Positions 1 through 11,787 of a stretch of 64,000 bases of DNA are shown one piece after another (position 1 is the first letter of the stretch; the number at the start of each line of letters is the position of its first letter). The stretch comes from Marsupella aquatica (taxonomy: Eukaryota > Plantae > Marchantiophyta). A program made the translations under genes and the position numbers. Where the stretch lies: the NCBI GenBank assembly GCA_973895155.1, contig OZ316897.1, positions 16,379,938 to 16,443,937 of the forward strand, written 5' to 3'. The notes under the pieces were generated by a model that made no database searches, was not told where the DNA came from, and saw nothing but the letters and a program-made list of their open reading frames with translations.

Positions 1-472
1 ATGCCGATTACCTGCTGCTCCTCCTTTAAGATCTTCTTTAATTGGTTGAGGAGGTACCCGTTGTAGTCCCGGCTTGGGTCTGGCCTTTCTGCCAGATAGA
101 CCTGTGCCTTGCCGATCTCTGCCCTCGGCAAGTTACAATGCATGGTCACCCGCAAGAAGTCGATCATCTCTCCTATGTGCGGGTTGGTGCGGGTGTTCCG
201 GAAGAAGCCATTCTTCGTTGATGGCCCGGGGAACGACCGGAACTCCTTGTCAGGCAAGGTCTTCCTGGTATCAACTTTGGTCTTATTGCCTATCGGCAGG
301 CCAAACACTTCGGCAATTACCTTGGGAGTAAGATAGAAATCCTTCCCATATATCCTCGTGCAATTGGTCTCGGGTTCCCATGACCCCACGAATTCTAATA
401 GGTCTGACTCCGGTACCTCCGGCTTCAGCCATGGTAATCTTACAAAGGCCTCCAAGCCATGAAGCCTTGGTA
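1..472 (-). mobile_element. Inverted fragment of the ORF-bearing LTR-like element (reverse complement of ~5263-5744)
   Basis: Near-identical reverse complement of 5263-5744; ORF-track peptides 74..331(+)/109..336(+) mirror 5414..5671(-)/5409..5636(-). Confidence 0.95.
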
Positions 473-512
473 CTCGGGGAGAGAGTAGATACCGACTAGG
501 CTTCATGGCTTG

Positions 513-3009
513 GAATCAAGCAGGAGGAAGAGGCCGCCCTGGCTAAGGAAAAGGATTTACCAGGAGGAGATTGGCCGGAGGACATCAGGCGGCTAGCCGA
601 AAAAGGAAGCAAACCTCTAGCCACGATTGAAGAGATCCGCAGGACGGCTTGGGAGCAGAGGCCACGATGGGCGATGCCGATCACTTCTACTTACTCCACC
701 TACGCTAAGAATAGAGCCATGGAGTATGGTGAGATGTGTGGGGAACTTGCGCTCGGCATCTTTGGAGAGGAGTTGGAGGTAGGACCCTTTTTCCATAGGG
801 AGCAGTTGGAGAAGCACCAATTAGAAGAAGCGGTGGCTTTAGAGAGAAGCAAGAAGGACGAGGTCATTCGGCGGCTTAGGAGGATGGAAGCCGAGATTGA
901 AGATCTAAGGGCGGCCAAGAAAGCCCAAGATGAACTGCGGATTAAACGACATGAGCTGAACATCATGCAGGGGCAGTTGGACACCGCGCAGGCTGATAAT
1001 CAGAATATCAAGGATAAACTAACTCAGACGCAGGGAGAGTTGGCCGACACGATCAAAGAGAGGGAGAAGTGGAAGCAAGAGCTGAAGAATACAGAGGAGG
1101 CCCACATAACAGCCAACAGCCGGGCCATGGCGGAGACCCAAAGAAAGGAATGGGCGTTGAAAGGGGAGCTCGAGAGAATCCGCGGAGCCCTTGAGCAGAA
1201 GGAGGTCGAGTTAGGGAAATCCTATCAAGGGATTATGGCGCTGCAGCAGGAGCTTGCGTCCCTGACGGCCAGCTTCAAGGCCGACCTAAGGGAGAAGGAC
1301 GAGATGCTCGAACAGACTTACGCCAAGATGAACCAGATGGAGTCTGTCATCATTGCAGAGCTCGACAAGGAGCTAAGAGCAACCCAGGAGGAGAGGGCTA
1401 CCTTGAAGAAGGAATTGGAGGAAGCCCACAGGGAGCAGGAGGAGGCCAAAATGAGCTGGAGGGGGCACGTAAGGACCTGGATGAAACCCAAGAGGAGTTG
1501 GAGGAAATCACGAGGAAGATGGAGAACCTACAGCGGCGGGCCGACAACCAAACAGAGCGGCTGAAGAAACAAGCCGCAGTATTTAAATGCTTAGCTGCAG
1601 CAGGTCCATCTCCCGTTGGGACAAACCAGTTACCAGGGGTGGTAATTGCCGAAGGACAAGCCGCGTCAACTGCACCAGTGCCGGAAGTAAGTGGGAAGGG
1701 GAAGGGACCAGCTGCCGAGCCACCAACGAAGAAGAAGCGGAAACCTTCAGGGTCAAGGAGTAATACGACTTCACAGGCCGTGGTGATCAAGGAGGTAGAC
1801 CCAGCACCGACCCCAGACAGGGTCACGGCTAAGGATCCAACCACCCTAGGGGAAGGGGAAGCCGAAGCCGAGGGAGTGGCTGAAGCCGAAGCCGTGGGAG
1901 TGGCTGAGGCCGAAGCCGTGGGTATTGCCGAGGCCGGTGTCGAGGCTGAAGCCGAAGGTGGACCCATTCAGGTCGATGGAGAGTTGACTCGGTCAAGGGC
2001 AGGTAATCTGTCAGTAGGCGGGCCAACGGCAGTGGCTGAGGAGGAAGTGTTGGGGGCGTCCATTGAGGATCCACCACCGGTGTCGTGACGGTGCAAGGGC
2101 GCCGTTCCTTTTAGGGAGGGCGGACGTGGAGGGAGGAGGCGTGAGTGGGCAGGGCGGGCGCGGATCTCCACATTTAGGATTAGGATCAGAACCAGGAGCG
2201 GCCCTGACACTTAGCTTAGTGGGATTGCGGTCCCACTGGTAGGAGCAACACTTGTGCTCCTGCCTTGCTGTACATAGGTAGATTCGGGCAAGTAGATTAC
2301 TGTCAGGTAGATTAGGCTTACGATGCAAAGAATGGCGGATCCACTACCAGGATAAGTACCTGGGCAGCGGGGAGCTCAGGGCCTCTTCTTTAGCAAGTTT
2401 TTAGTTTGCACCAGCCGGGCTGGGATCAAGTAGTACGAGAAGCTCTCGGTTAGTCATACAGTGACCCTTGTGTATATTCATGTTTCCTCATGCCTAAGAG
2501 CTGAATAGAGTTGGCCTCATGGCTTAGTTCGCAGAACTTGTGTATGAGATGTACTGTTTGTATGGCAAGTGCATGGTATGACTCAGTCAGAATGAGTCAT
2601 TTTGCTATTTGTGTGTCGCATTAACTTGTGTGAAGAGTGCCCACATCAACAGAAGGAAGGAAAGTAAGCAAGGGAGTGAGAGTTGGATGTGTCGAGCTGA
2701 GAGAGGTCTTAGCGGCTTAACCAAGCCTATTGGGGATCATTCCGGCGGCGGAATCCAAACATACCTAACAAGACGGAGGGGAAGACAGGGGAAGACAGGG
2801 GAAGGCCTATATTAGGCCGGCTACGTATCTCATGACCCGATGAAGGATCTGTCCAGTATATGTGTGTAAAATGTTAATAGTAGTAGTAGAAGGTTAGCAG
2901 CGTCCCATGCCGCTAAGCCGCGGAAACGGCCTCGCCAAGCACGAAACCTGCGGGAATCGGCTTGAGCTGGGGGGTTTCTTGGGTTTAGGGAGCCATGGGA
3001 CGCACCACA
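513..3009 (+). mobile_element. Copy 1 (3' portion) of the ORF-bearing LTR-like element; 5' part rearranged or outside the window
   Basis: Highly similar to 6446-8940; ends in the same ...GGGACGCACCACA terminus at 3009, followed by ATATG (candidate TSD); encodes the coiled-coil part (674..1564) and C-terminal part (1498..2088) of the element protein with a frameshift. Confidence 0.9.
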
Positions 3010-4283
3010 ATATGGTATGCCAAAAACGCAGCGGTGGAGAATGTGTATTGGACAGAAGCCAAACTGGCATGCTCCCGTAGTCCTACCGCCGTCGCACCAA
3101 GATGACTACAATGTCCGAACTGGATTGAAGTGCAGTTGTTCAATCACAGGGACGAAGTGGCATCTAGCCAGGGATTGTTTGCGTTGTTCGGAACGTTGCC
3201 CATTGGATGGTTGCAGCATGGCTCACAAGGAGATGCTCCGGTTTGAATATTTCCCCATTGGTCCCATGTTGCGGAAGTTATGTAGCAGTCGATCTGTTTG
3301 TCATGAGTTCCAGGCAATGTGGAGGGACAAAGATAAGTGGTTTAAGAAGGATTCCATGCCCAGACCTGTGTACAAGGAATGGTGGGATGGCTACCGTGCT
3401 TCCGAGCTATCCTACTTTTGGGACACTGGCACACAGTTTGAGATTCCCGTGTTATGCCGAAACTATTATGCTTGCTATTCAACAACACCAAATAAATGTC
3501 CTGAGTTGTTGGATACTGCCAACTGGGATAATGTCAGCAAACAATACGACTTCCAATGCTCAGATTGCGGATCTCGAGTCACGGCCCCGAAACAATTTGC
3601 AAAGGTTAGTGATTTCTTCTTGCGTTACTGTTGTTGCGCACTTTTGTATGACCAGGGTATGGTCTGGGTATTTTTAGGGTATTTATGGGTTATGATAGAG
3701 TAACTTTTGTCTAACTAGTGTGACCCACCGCATGCAGGGTGATCCCCGAAATATTGCACTCATGGCACACTGGGATGGATTTCAGTCTGCCAAGACTGCC
3801 CACAAAAGCACCTGGACTGTAGAGGTCCAAGTTTTAAGCGTCGGGTCTCAAACCAAAATTCCACCTATCCCTGTTCTTTTTATCCCGCCATGTGATGACG
3901 ACGACGTAGGAAAAAAAAAGCTGAAATGCTTGGATGCTTTCTTAGAACCATTCATAAGAGAACTGGAGGAGTTGTTTGTGGATGGGATAGAGGTGGATTA
4001 CAATTACCCTATGGAATTATTGGCTGAAGAGGATAATGTACCGAATGACTCCAGGTGTGTGCTACGAGCATTGTTAGCAGTTTTCACTGGAGATCATCCC
4101 GCACAATGTAAATTTGGGGGCTGGAATGTTACAGGTTATTCCGCTTGTAGGAATTGTAAAATGAACACTCAATGGATGAAGTGCAAGTTTGATCATCCTC
4201 GAAAGGAGACTGACCAATCACAACCCCGAGGTTTTCTAGGAAGGGCTATGTATGACAACAATAGGATGCAGATGAGATATCCA

Positions 4284-7200
4284 TGTGATGCCTAGACAGG
4301 AATCACTCGGCCGGTTAAGTGGGTAAAGCAGGAAGGCACCCTAGGAACACCTTAGTATAGGGACAAAACAAGGAAAATATAAACAATTAGGGGCAACCAT
4401 GGAACCCGGGCAGAGGCCGGAGGTAAGGCTGAGGGTGAAAACCCGATTAGGGTTAGGGCGCGTTAAGCGTCGGCGGCTAGGAAGGATCAACGGGAAGAAG
4501 GACCGACAGAGGGGAGGGGTAAGGAGCGCTTGCAGGAGATGGTGGCTCATTTGCGAGCACGAACTAGGCAGACGACTACGGGAGGCCAACTACTGTCAGC
4601 TGCTTAGGCAAGCACTCGGGGAGAGAGTAGATACCGACGATCGACCTAAGGAGGGTATGAGCAACGTCAATCAAGCGGCACATTTCTGGGGATGCCTGTT
4701 CGAACGGGCAACTGAGTACATCAAGACTTACGAGGACGAGGAATCAGAAAGGGCAGCTCGAGAACGGCAGGAGCTCGCTCGATTGTGGGAGCTACAGAAG
4801 ACGGCTTTCTTAGGAGGCGAACTCATCAAGGATGAGTTCCTGTGGACGCCTACTTCCAATCAACTCGATGATCTTCTGTTTTGCAAAGACAGCGTCGTCG
4901 GCATCCGAGAGGCCATCAAGAACTGCAACGACATACACTGGGAATTAAAGGGTAGCACGGAAAGGTGGACCCAGGCAACGGTGCTAGGAGAAACCTCCAC
5001 GGTAGCAGAGATGAAGAGGAAGGGAGCCGTCAACGATGAAGCCACCCCGGCAAAAAGAACGAGGTCGGCGGCACCAAAGAAGCCAGCCGAGCAGCAGAGC
5101 AGGAGGCAGGGAGAAGCCGAAGAGGAGGAGGTCGATCCCATCAAGGCCATTCCAACCAGGGATGACACCTGGAAAGGCTGGGCGGCAACCCTACCGGTGG
5201 AGGTGCAACTACATTTTGCACGGGAGGAGGATGCATGCTTTACGGCCATGCAGACCAAGAGATACCAAGGCTTCATGGCCGGATCCGGCTTGGAGGCCTT
5301 TGTAAGATTACCATGGCTGAAGCCGGAGGTACCGGAGTTAGACCTATTAGAATTCGTGGGGTCATGGGAACCCGAGACCAATTGCACGAGGATATATGGG
5401 AAGGATTTCTATCTTACTCCCAAGGTAATTGCCGAAGTGTTTGGCCTGCCGATAGGCAATAAGACCAAAGTTGATACCAGGAAGACCTTGCCTGACAAGG
5501 AGTTCCGATCGTTCCCCGGGCCATCAACGAAGAATGGCTTCTTCCGGAACACCTGCACCAACCCGCACATAGGAGAGATGATCGACTTCTTGCGGGTGAC
5601 CATGCATTGTAACTTGCCGAGGGCAGAGATCGGCAAGGCACAGGTCTATCTGGCAGAAAGGCCAGACCCAAGCTGGGACTACAACGGGTACCTCCTCAAC
5701 CAATTGAAGAAGATCTTAAAGGAGGAGCAGCAGGTAATCGGCATGGGGAGCGTGTCGCGGCTGGGCTATCACATGCCGCTGTTGTGCCGGTATGCCAGAG
5801 GTCAGACTTTTGCCCCGGTACTTCCCCTGCAGGTAAGGGCACCCGAGGAAGCTCCAACGCCGAGGCCGTTGGCTGAGAAGCCTCAACCACCTGTTAGTCC
5901 TACAATCGAGCAGGTGTTTAGGCCCAGGAAGGAAGACTTGCCGATGCAGCAACCAGGCATGCAGAGTCTGCTGAAACTACTGGAGAAAGAAAAGAAATCG
6001 GCATCGGCAACAACAACGGCAACGGCAACAATGCAGGACACTACTACAGAGGTAGGCCTACACCGGCTCACAAGAGAAAACCCCTTTGCTGGAGACAAGG
6101 AGAGAATCAGGCCGGAATCCAAGCCAGGTGTTCGAATGTACGTGGGAACCTCAAGCTCCGAATCTGAGGCAGAATTGCCTGAAGCTCCTACCGACGAAGA
6201 GGAGAGGGAGAAGCCGGACGTCCAAGAGGTAGAGGAGGCAGTGGAGGACTGCAGCCATGATAATTCCGGCTATGGGTCGGACCATCACGTTCCAGGAGTA
6301 AGGACCTGTGGCCGGTTTGTCCCCACACTTCCAAGGGTAGTGCGAGGGGACCCCAACCAGCAGAGTAGCCCTGAGTCTCCCCCACCAGATGTTGCTCCCC
6401 CGAGCTTCGACGGCATAAAACAGACGGTGCAGGAATTTCAGGAGCGAATCAAGCAGGAGGAGGAGGCCGCCCTGGCTAAGGAAAAGGATTTACCAGGAGG
6501 AGATTGGCCGGAGGACATCAGGCGGCTAGCCAAAAAAGGAAGCAAACCTCTAGCCACGATTGAAGAGATCCGCAGGACGGCTTGGGAGCAGAGGCTGCGA
6601 TGGGCGATGCCGATCACTTCTACTTACTCCACCTACGCTAGGAATAGAGCCATGGAGTATGGTGAGATGTGTGGGGAACTTGCGCTCGGCATCTTTGGAG
6701 AGGAGTTGGAAGTAGGACCCTTTTTCCATAGGGAGCAGTTGGAGAAGCCCCAATTAGAAGAAGCGGTGGCTTTAGAGAGAAGCAAGAAGGACGAGGTCAT
6801 TCGGCGGCTTAGGAGGATGGAAGCCGAGATTGAAGATCTAAGGGCGGCCAAGAAAGCCCAAGATGAACTGCGGATTAAACGACATGAGCTGAACATCATG
6901 CAGGGGCAGTTGGACACCGCGCAGGCTGATAATCAAAATATCAAGGATAAACTGACTCAGACGCAGGAAGAGTTGGCCGACACGATCAAAGAGAGGGAGA
7001 AGTGGAAGCAAGAGCTGAAGAATACAGAGGAGGCCCACATAACAGCCAACAGCCGGGCCATGGCGAAGACCCAAAGAAAGGAATGGGCGTTGAAAGGGGA
7101 GCTCGAGAAAATCCGCGGAGCCCTTGAGCAGAAGGAGGCCGAGTTAGGGAAATCCTATCAAGGGATTATGGCGCTGCAGCAGGAGCTTGCGTCCCTGACG

Positions 7201-8940
7201 GCCAGCTTCAAGGCCGACCTAAGGGAGAAGGACGAGATGCTCGAATAGACTTACGCCAAGATGAACCAGATGGAGTCTGTCATCATTGCAGAGCTCGACA
7301 AGGAGCTAAAAGCAACCCAGGAGGAGAGGACTACCTTGAAACAAGAACGGAGGAAGCCCATAAGGAACTAGAGGAGGCACGCAAAGACCTGGATGAGACC
7401 CAGGAGGAGTTGGAGGAAATCACGAGGAAGATGGAGAACCTCCAGCGGCGGGCCGACAACCAAACGGAGCGGCTGAAGAAACAAGCCGCAGTATTTAGGT
7501 GCTTGTCTTCATCAGGCCCAACTCCAATTGGGGCAACCAAGTTACCAGGAGTGGTACTGGCCGAAGAAAAAGCCGCGCCAACTGCACCAGTGCCGGAGGT
7601 AAGTGGGAAGGGGAAGGGACCAGCTGCCGAACCAGAAAAGAAGAAAAAGCGGAAACCTTCAGGGTCAAGGAGTAATCCGACTCCACAAGCCGTGGTGACC
7701 AAAGAGGTAGAACCAGCACCATCCTCCGACATGAATACGGCAATAGATCCCGCTATGATCACAGGTAGGGATGGTGCGGCCCAAGCCGAACTACTCAGTA
7801 AGAAGGCCAGTATTCCAGATCCGCCTCTTGAGCAGGCCGGGGAGACCGTAGCCGAGGCTGAGGCCGTAACCGATTCTCAAGCCGATGCCGATGGTGGACC
7901 CAGTCAGGCCGATGGAGAGTTGACTCAGTCAAGGGCAGGTAATCTGTCAGGGAATGAGCCTACGGCAGTGGCTGAGGAGGAAGCGTTGGGGGCGTCCATT
8001 AAGGATCCACCACCGGTGTCGTGACGGTGCAAGGGCGCCGTTCCTTTTAGGGAGGGCGGACGTGGAGGGAGGAGGCGTGAGTGGGCAGGGCGGGCGCGGA
8101 TCTCCACGTTTAGGATTAGGATCAGAACCAGGAGCGGCCCTGACACTTAGCTTAGTGGGATTGCGGTCCCACTGGTAGGAGCAACACTTGTGCTCCTGCC
8201 TTGCTGTACGTAGGTAGATTCGGGCAAGTAGATTACTGTTAAGTAGATTAGGCTTACGATGCAAAGAATGGCGGATCCACTACCAGGATAAGTACCTGGG
8301 CAGCGGGGAGCTCAGGGCCTCTTCTTTAGCAAGTTTTTAGTTTGCACCAACCGGGCTGGGATCAAGTAGTACGAGAAGCTCTCGGTTAGTCATACAGTGA
8401 CCCTTGTGTATATTCATGTTTCCTCATGCCTAAGAGCTGAATAGAGTTGGCCTCACGGCTTAGTTCGCAGAACTTGTGTATGAGATGTACTGTTTGTATG
8501 GCAAGTGCATGGTATGACTCAGTCAGAATGAGTCATTTTGCTATTTGTGTGTCGCATTAACTTGTGTGAAGAGTGCCCACATCAAGGAAGGAAAGTAAGC
8601 AGGGGAGTGAGAGTTGGATGTGTCGAGCTAAGAGAGGTCTTAGCGGCTTAACCAAGCCTATTGGGGATCATTCCGGCGGCGGAATCCAAACATACCTAAC
8701 AAGACGGAGGGGAAGACAGGGGAAGACAGGGGAAGGCCTATATTAGGCCGGCTACGTATCTCATGACCCGATGAAGGATCTGTCCAGTATATGTGTGTAA
8801 AATGTTAATAGTAGTAGTAGAAGGTTAGCAGCGTCCCATGCCGCTAAGCCGCGGAAACGGCCTCGCCAAGCACGAAACCTGCGGGAATCGGCTTGAGCTG
8901 GGGGGTTTCTTGGGTTTAGGGAGCCATGGGACGCACCACA
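4284..8940 (+). mobile_element. 4657-bp solo-LTR-like element, TG...CA ends, 5-bp TSD ATCCA
   Basis: Starts TGTGATGC (4284), ends GCACCACA (8940), an imperfect 8-bp inverted repeat; ATCCA at 4279-4283 and 8941-8945; no gag, RT or integrase recognised inside. Confidence 0.9.
4399..8024 (+). pseudogene. Large ORF inside the LTR-like element: plant-transposon accessory domain (Transposase_32/PMD-like), acidic region, long coiled coil, NLS-like C-terminus
   Basis: 949-aa ORF 4399..7248, with TAG at 7246 where copy 1 has CAG, then a frameshift near 7335 into 7410..8024. Motif GLEAFVRLPW...LLEFVGSWEPETNCTRIYGKDFYLTPKVIAEVFGLP; KKKKRK stretch. Confidence 0.7.
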
Positions 8941-11787
8941 ATCCACCACCTACACGGAAAATTGAAGAGGTGAGGGAGGCGGCCAGGAACATGACCAGGG
9001 CAGGAACAACTGCAGAGAGGATGAAGATAAGCAGAGAGTGCGGGATTTCAAACATGACCAAGGCTTGGCGACTACATGAGCTTACTGGATTTTGTTTGAG
9101 CAAGGATCTGGTGTATGATACAATGCATATCCTTGCCTTGTGCCTTTTCAAGAAATACTGCAAGCTTCTAGTTTCGAGTGTTCCCCGTCAACATCAAAAA
9201 CAGTTTGAAGATGCTCTGGAAGAGGTTACTGCTAGGAAACCGAGAGGTTTGATGGAAGGTGGCCTAAACAACCTTTTGAAAGATTGGGATACTTCAAGGC
9301 TGAAGAGTTCATGCGATTCATATTGTATTGTCTGCCTCATATCCTCCAACAGATGGACATTAGTGTCCACTCTGACCTTGGGACGCTTGGGATTCTTTTG
9401 GTAGAGATTGCACGCCTCTTTTATATCAGAAGTAGACAAGAGGGTTGGACTACAGCCACATTGAAAAAAGGCAGGTCTCTACTGGCTTCTTGGAGAGTTC
9501 GCTCAGAAGAGGCTTGGGGCCCAAATGGAGCAATTCTAGAGCATGTTGTTGGTGAGTCATTTTGTTTACACTTGCTACATGACCATGATGACAGTGGGTA
9601 TTCATTGTTGGTCGATCCATCATTGCACTGAGGTGATGTTCTAATCCCAATGTGTTTTGATCCCAATTTTTAGGGAGCGGAGAGATATTTGATGGGATAG
9701 AACGACATGGCCCACACTATGTTTATTGGTGCTACCGCTTCGAGAGGATGGTATCAGACTATGGACACACTAGAACAAATCAGAAGGACCAGGAAGTCAC
9801 TTATTCTCTTCATTTTGCACGACGCTTTTTCACAAAAATATCGTCGTACATTTGGGAAGATGACGATGGACTTTTCCCTCATCAGAGGGCTTTGGAGAAA
9901 GTTCATGCATCCCTGCGTGTACCTGCGGAGCATCGTAAGCAGCACAGGTGCAGAGTCACTGTACCACCATCTGAATGCCCACACTGGCACGGGAATTCGG
10001 TGCCAATAGTTTCAAGTCAAATTCTAGCGATGGAATTGTGGGATAGTATGATATCCTCTGTGGAGTCATATGGTTGCAAGCACATGTTGTTGAGCAAAGG
10101 GGTTGGCATAGGCTCAAATAGGAAGCTGACAAAGAAACTGGGGCTGTCCGCCAGGATGTCATTGAAGCAGCATTGGACAGATGTTGGAGTATTCAACATC
10201 AGTGAGGACCACGGAATTAGTGAATCTTGCACTCCATTGCGATCAGCTATGTGGAGAGCTGAAGTGTACAGGCCTAGCGATCACGTTGTTGTACTGGTAG
10301 ATGGGAGTACAGATGCTTCACATCCTCAAAACTGGAAAGCTTTCCAAAAGATTTTCATGCACGAATTCGATGGCCACATGGACATATTCTTTGAGGCGGA
10401 TTGGTATAAACAACAGTATACACAGGATCCTCGGCAAAATTTACTGTCTTGGGAACGAGATGAGTATTCCCTGTTTACTCTTTTGGAACCAAAAGTATAT
10501 CACGCACATGGCAACAACTGTAGGCCTATGTCAAGAATTCTACACAAGTTCTTCCCAATTCAAAGAGGCGGGAGGGAGGTTGTAGCCTTGGAGATTGGAG
10601 ATACTTTAGTACGGGAACTCCCTACCACAATTGCAAACTGCCCTCCTTTCCCAGAGGTAGGGGAAATAATGATTGCAATAGCGGACTCACTTTCCGTCCC
10701 TGACCTGTGTGTTGTAAGGGAAGTCCTCCTTCCCAGGCGCGATGCGGTAACGGAAATGCAAGCGGGGGATGTAGGAGTGGACGGTGCTTCTGACGGGGAG
10801 GAGGAGGAGGAGGAGGGAGGGGATGACATGGCAAAATCTCACAATGCAAATGATAATGAGAAGGACCTCGGGAAGGTTGGTGTGAGCTGGTTGTCTGTAC
10901 AGGGTTCTCGGTCAAGTTGCCCAATCTACAAGGCAGCGTCACAAATTGATGAACACATCACCTTTCAAAGATTAGTTGCGTTGAGGCTTGATTTTCGTGC
11001 AATTGGACTTCACCATGGTATCCTTGTACGGTGGAATACCGTATAGTAATACCATGGAAAGTCCCAAGTACGACAAAAAGAAAGATACTATGGGATATGA
11101 CAACACTTGAGAGGCGCCGTTTTGTCAATAACTGAATACTGACCAGGATGCAGACCGTAGGATGTGTGAGATGCAGGTCAGACGTGAGCCTGTGATGGTG
11201 ACGCTATGGTGCTTTGCACGGGGTATGATCGGGGACGGCACGGGTCACGAATATCATTGGATTCTGGGTCGGACGTGACATAATGGATGGGTATTACCAG
11301 GTTACTTGCAAACGTGATAAAATGTACGTTGGGGTAGTGAAAGGGCGGTGCCACCGATCGGAGACAGAATCTTTGTTGTGAGATCTACTACTGAAACTAC
11401 AGTGACTAAATGATGCATGCCACTGCGCACATGAACGCCCTATGAGGAATTCCTTATAAGCTTTGGGCAATGGTGCGAGCTCCTGAGCTCCAGTCTTTGA
11501 TTGTGTAGGTTTCGTAGATCTTTGTGGCTGACAAGTCTGCCATTGGATAACACTTGGGGTGTTAGCGACGGAAGCAAGTATCGACGAGCGCGGGGTGACA
11601 TTGGAGGATTGGTGAAAGTATGGTTCATCGACATGATCGTCCAGTGCCGATCGCATTGTTGATGCAGAGCGACGAGGATATCACAGATCGTATGTACCCC
11701 TCTTTCACTCAACTCCTTAATTCCGCATGAAGTATATTGATCGATTGTTAGAATGGCGCAACTAAGGCCTGCTTTGTTTGTACAGTC

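Larger units (their letters stand above)
3010..11046 (+). pseudogene. En/Spm (CACTA/CMC)-type DDE transposase, spliced, interrupted by the 4284-8940 insertion
   Basis: Motifs GDPRNIALMAHWDGFQ, LDAFLEPFIRELEELF, FTGDHPA...GYSACRNC (Transposase_21-like), DLVYDTMHIL, FKAEEF, HGPHYVYWCYRFERMV (DUF4218-like); the frame resumes after the insertion (RYP|PPTRK); GT-AG introns near 3605-3737 and 9552-9673; frameshift near 9250. Confidence 0.85.

Noticed and set aside
513-8940. The two long direct repeats as 5' and 3' LTRs of one retrotransposon
   Set aside because: Copy 2 has its own TSD on both sides, and the sequence between them is CACTA transposase that continues past copy 2.
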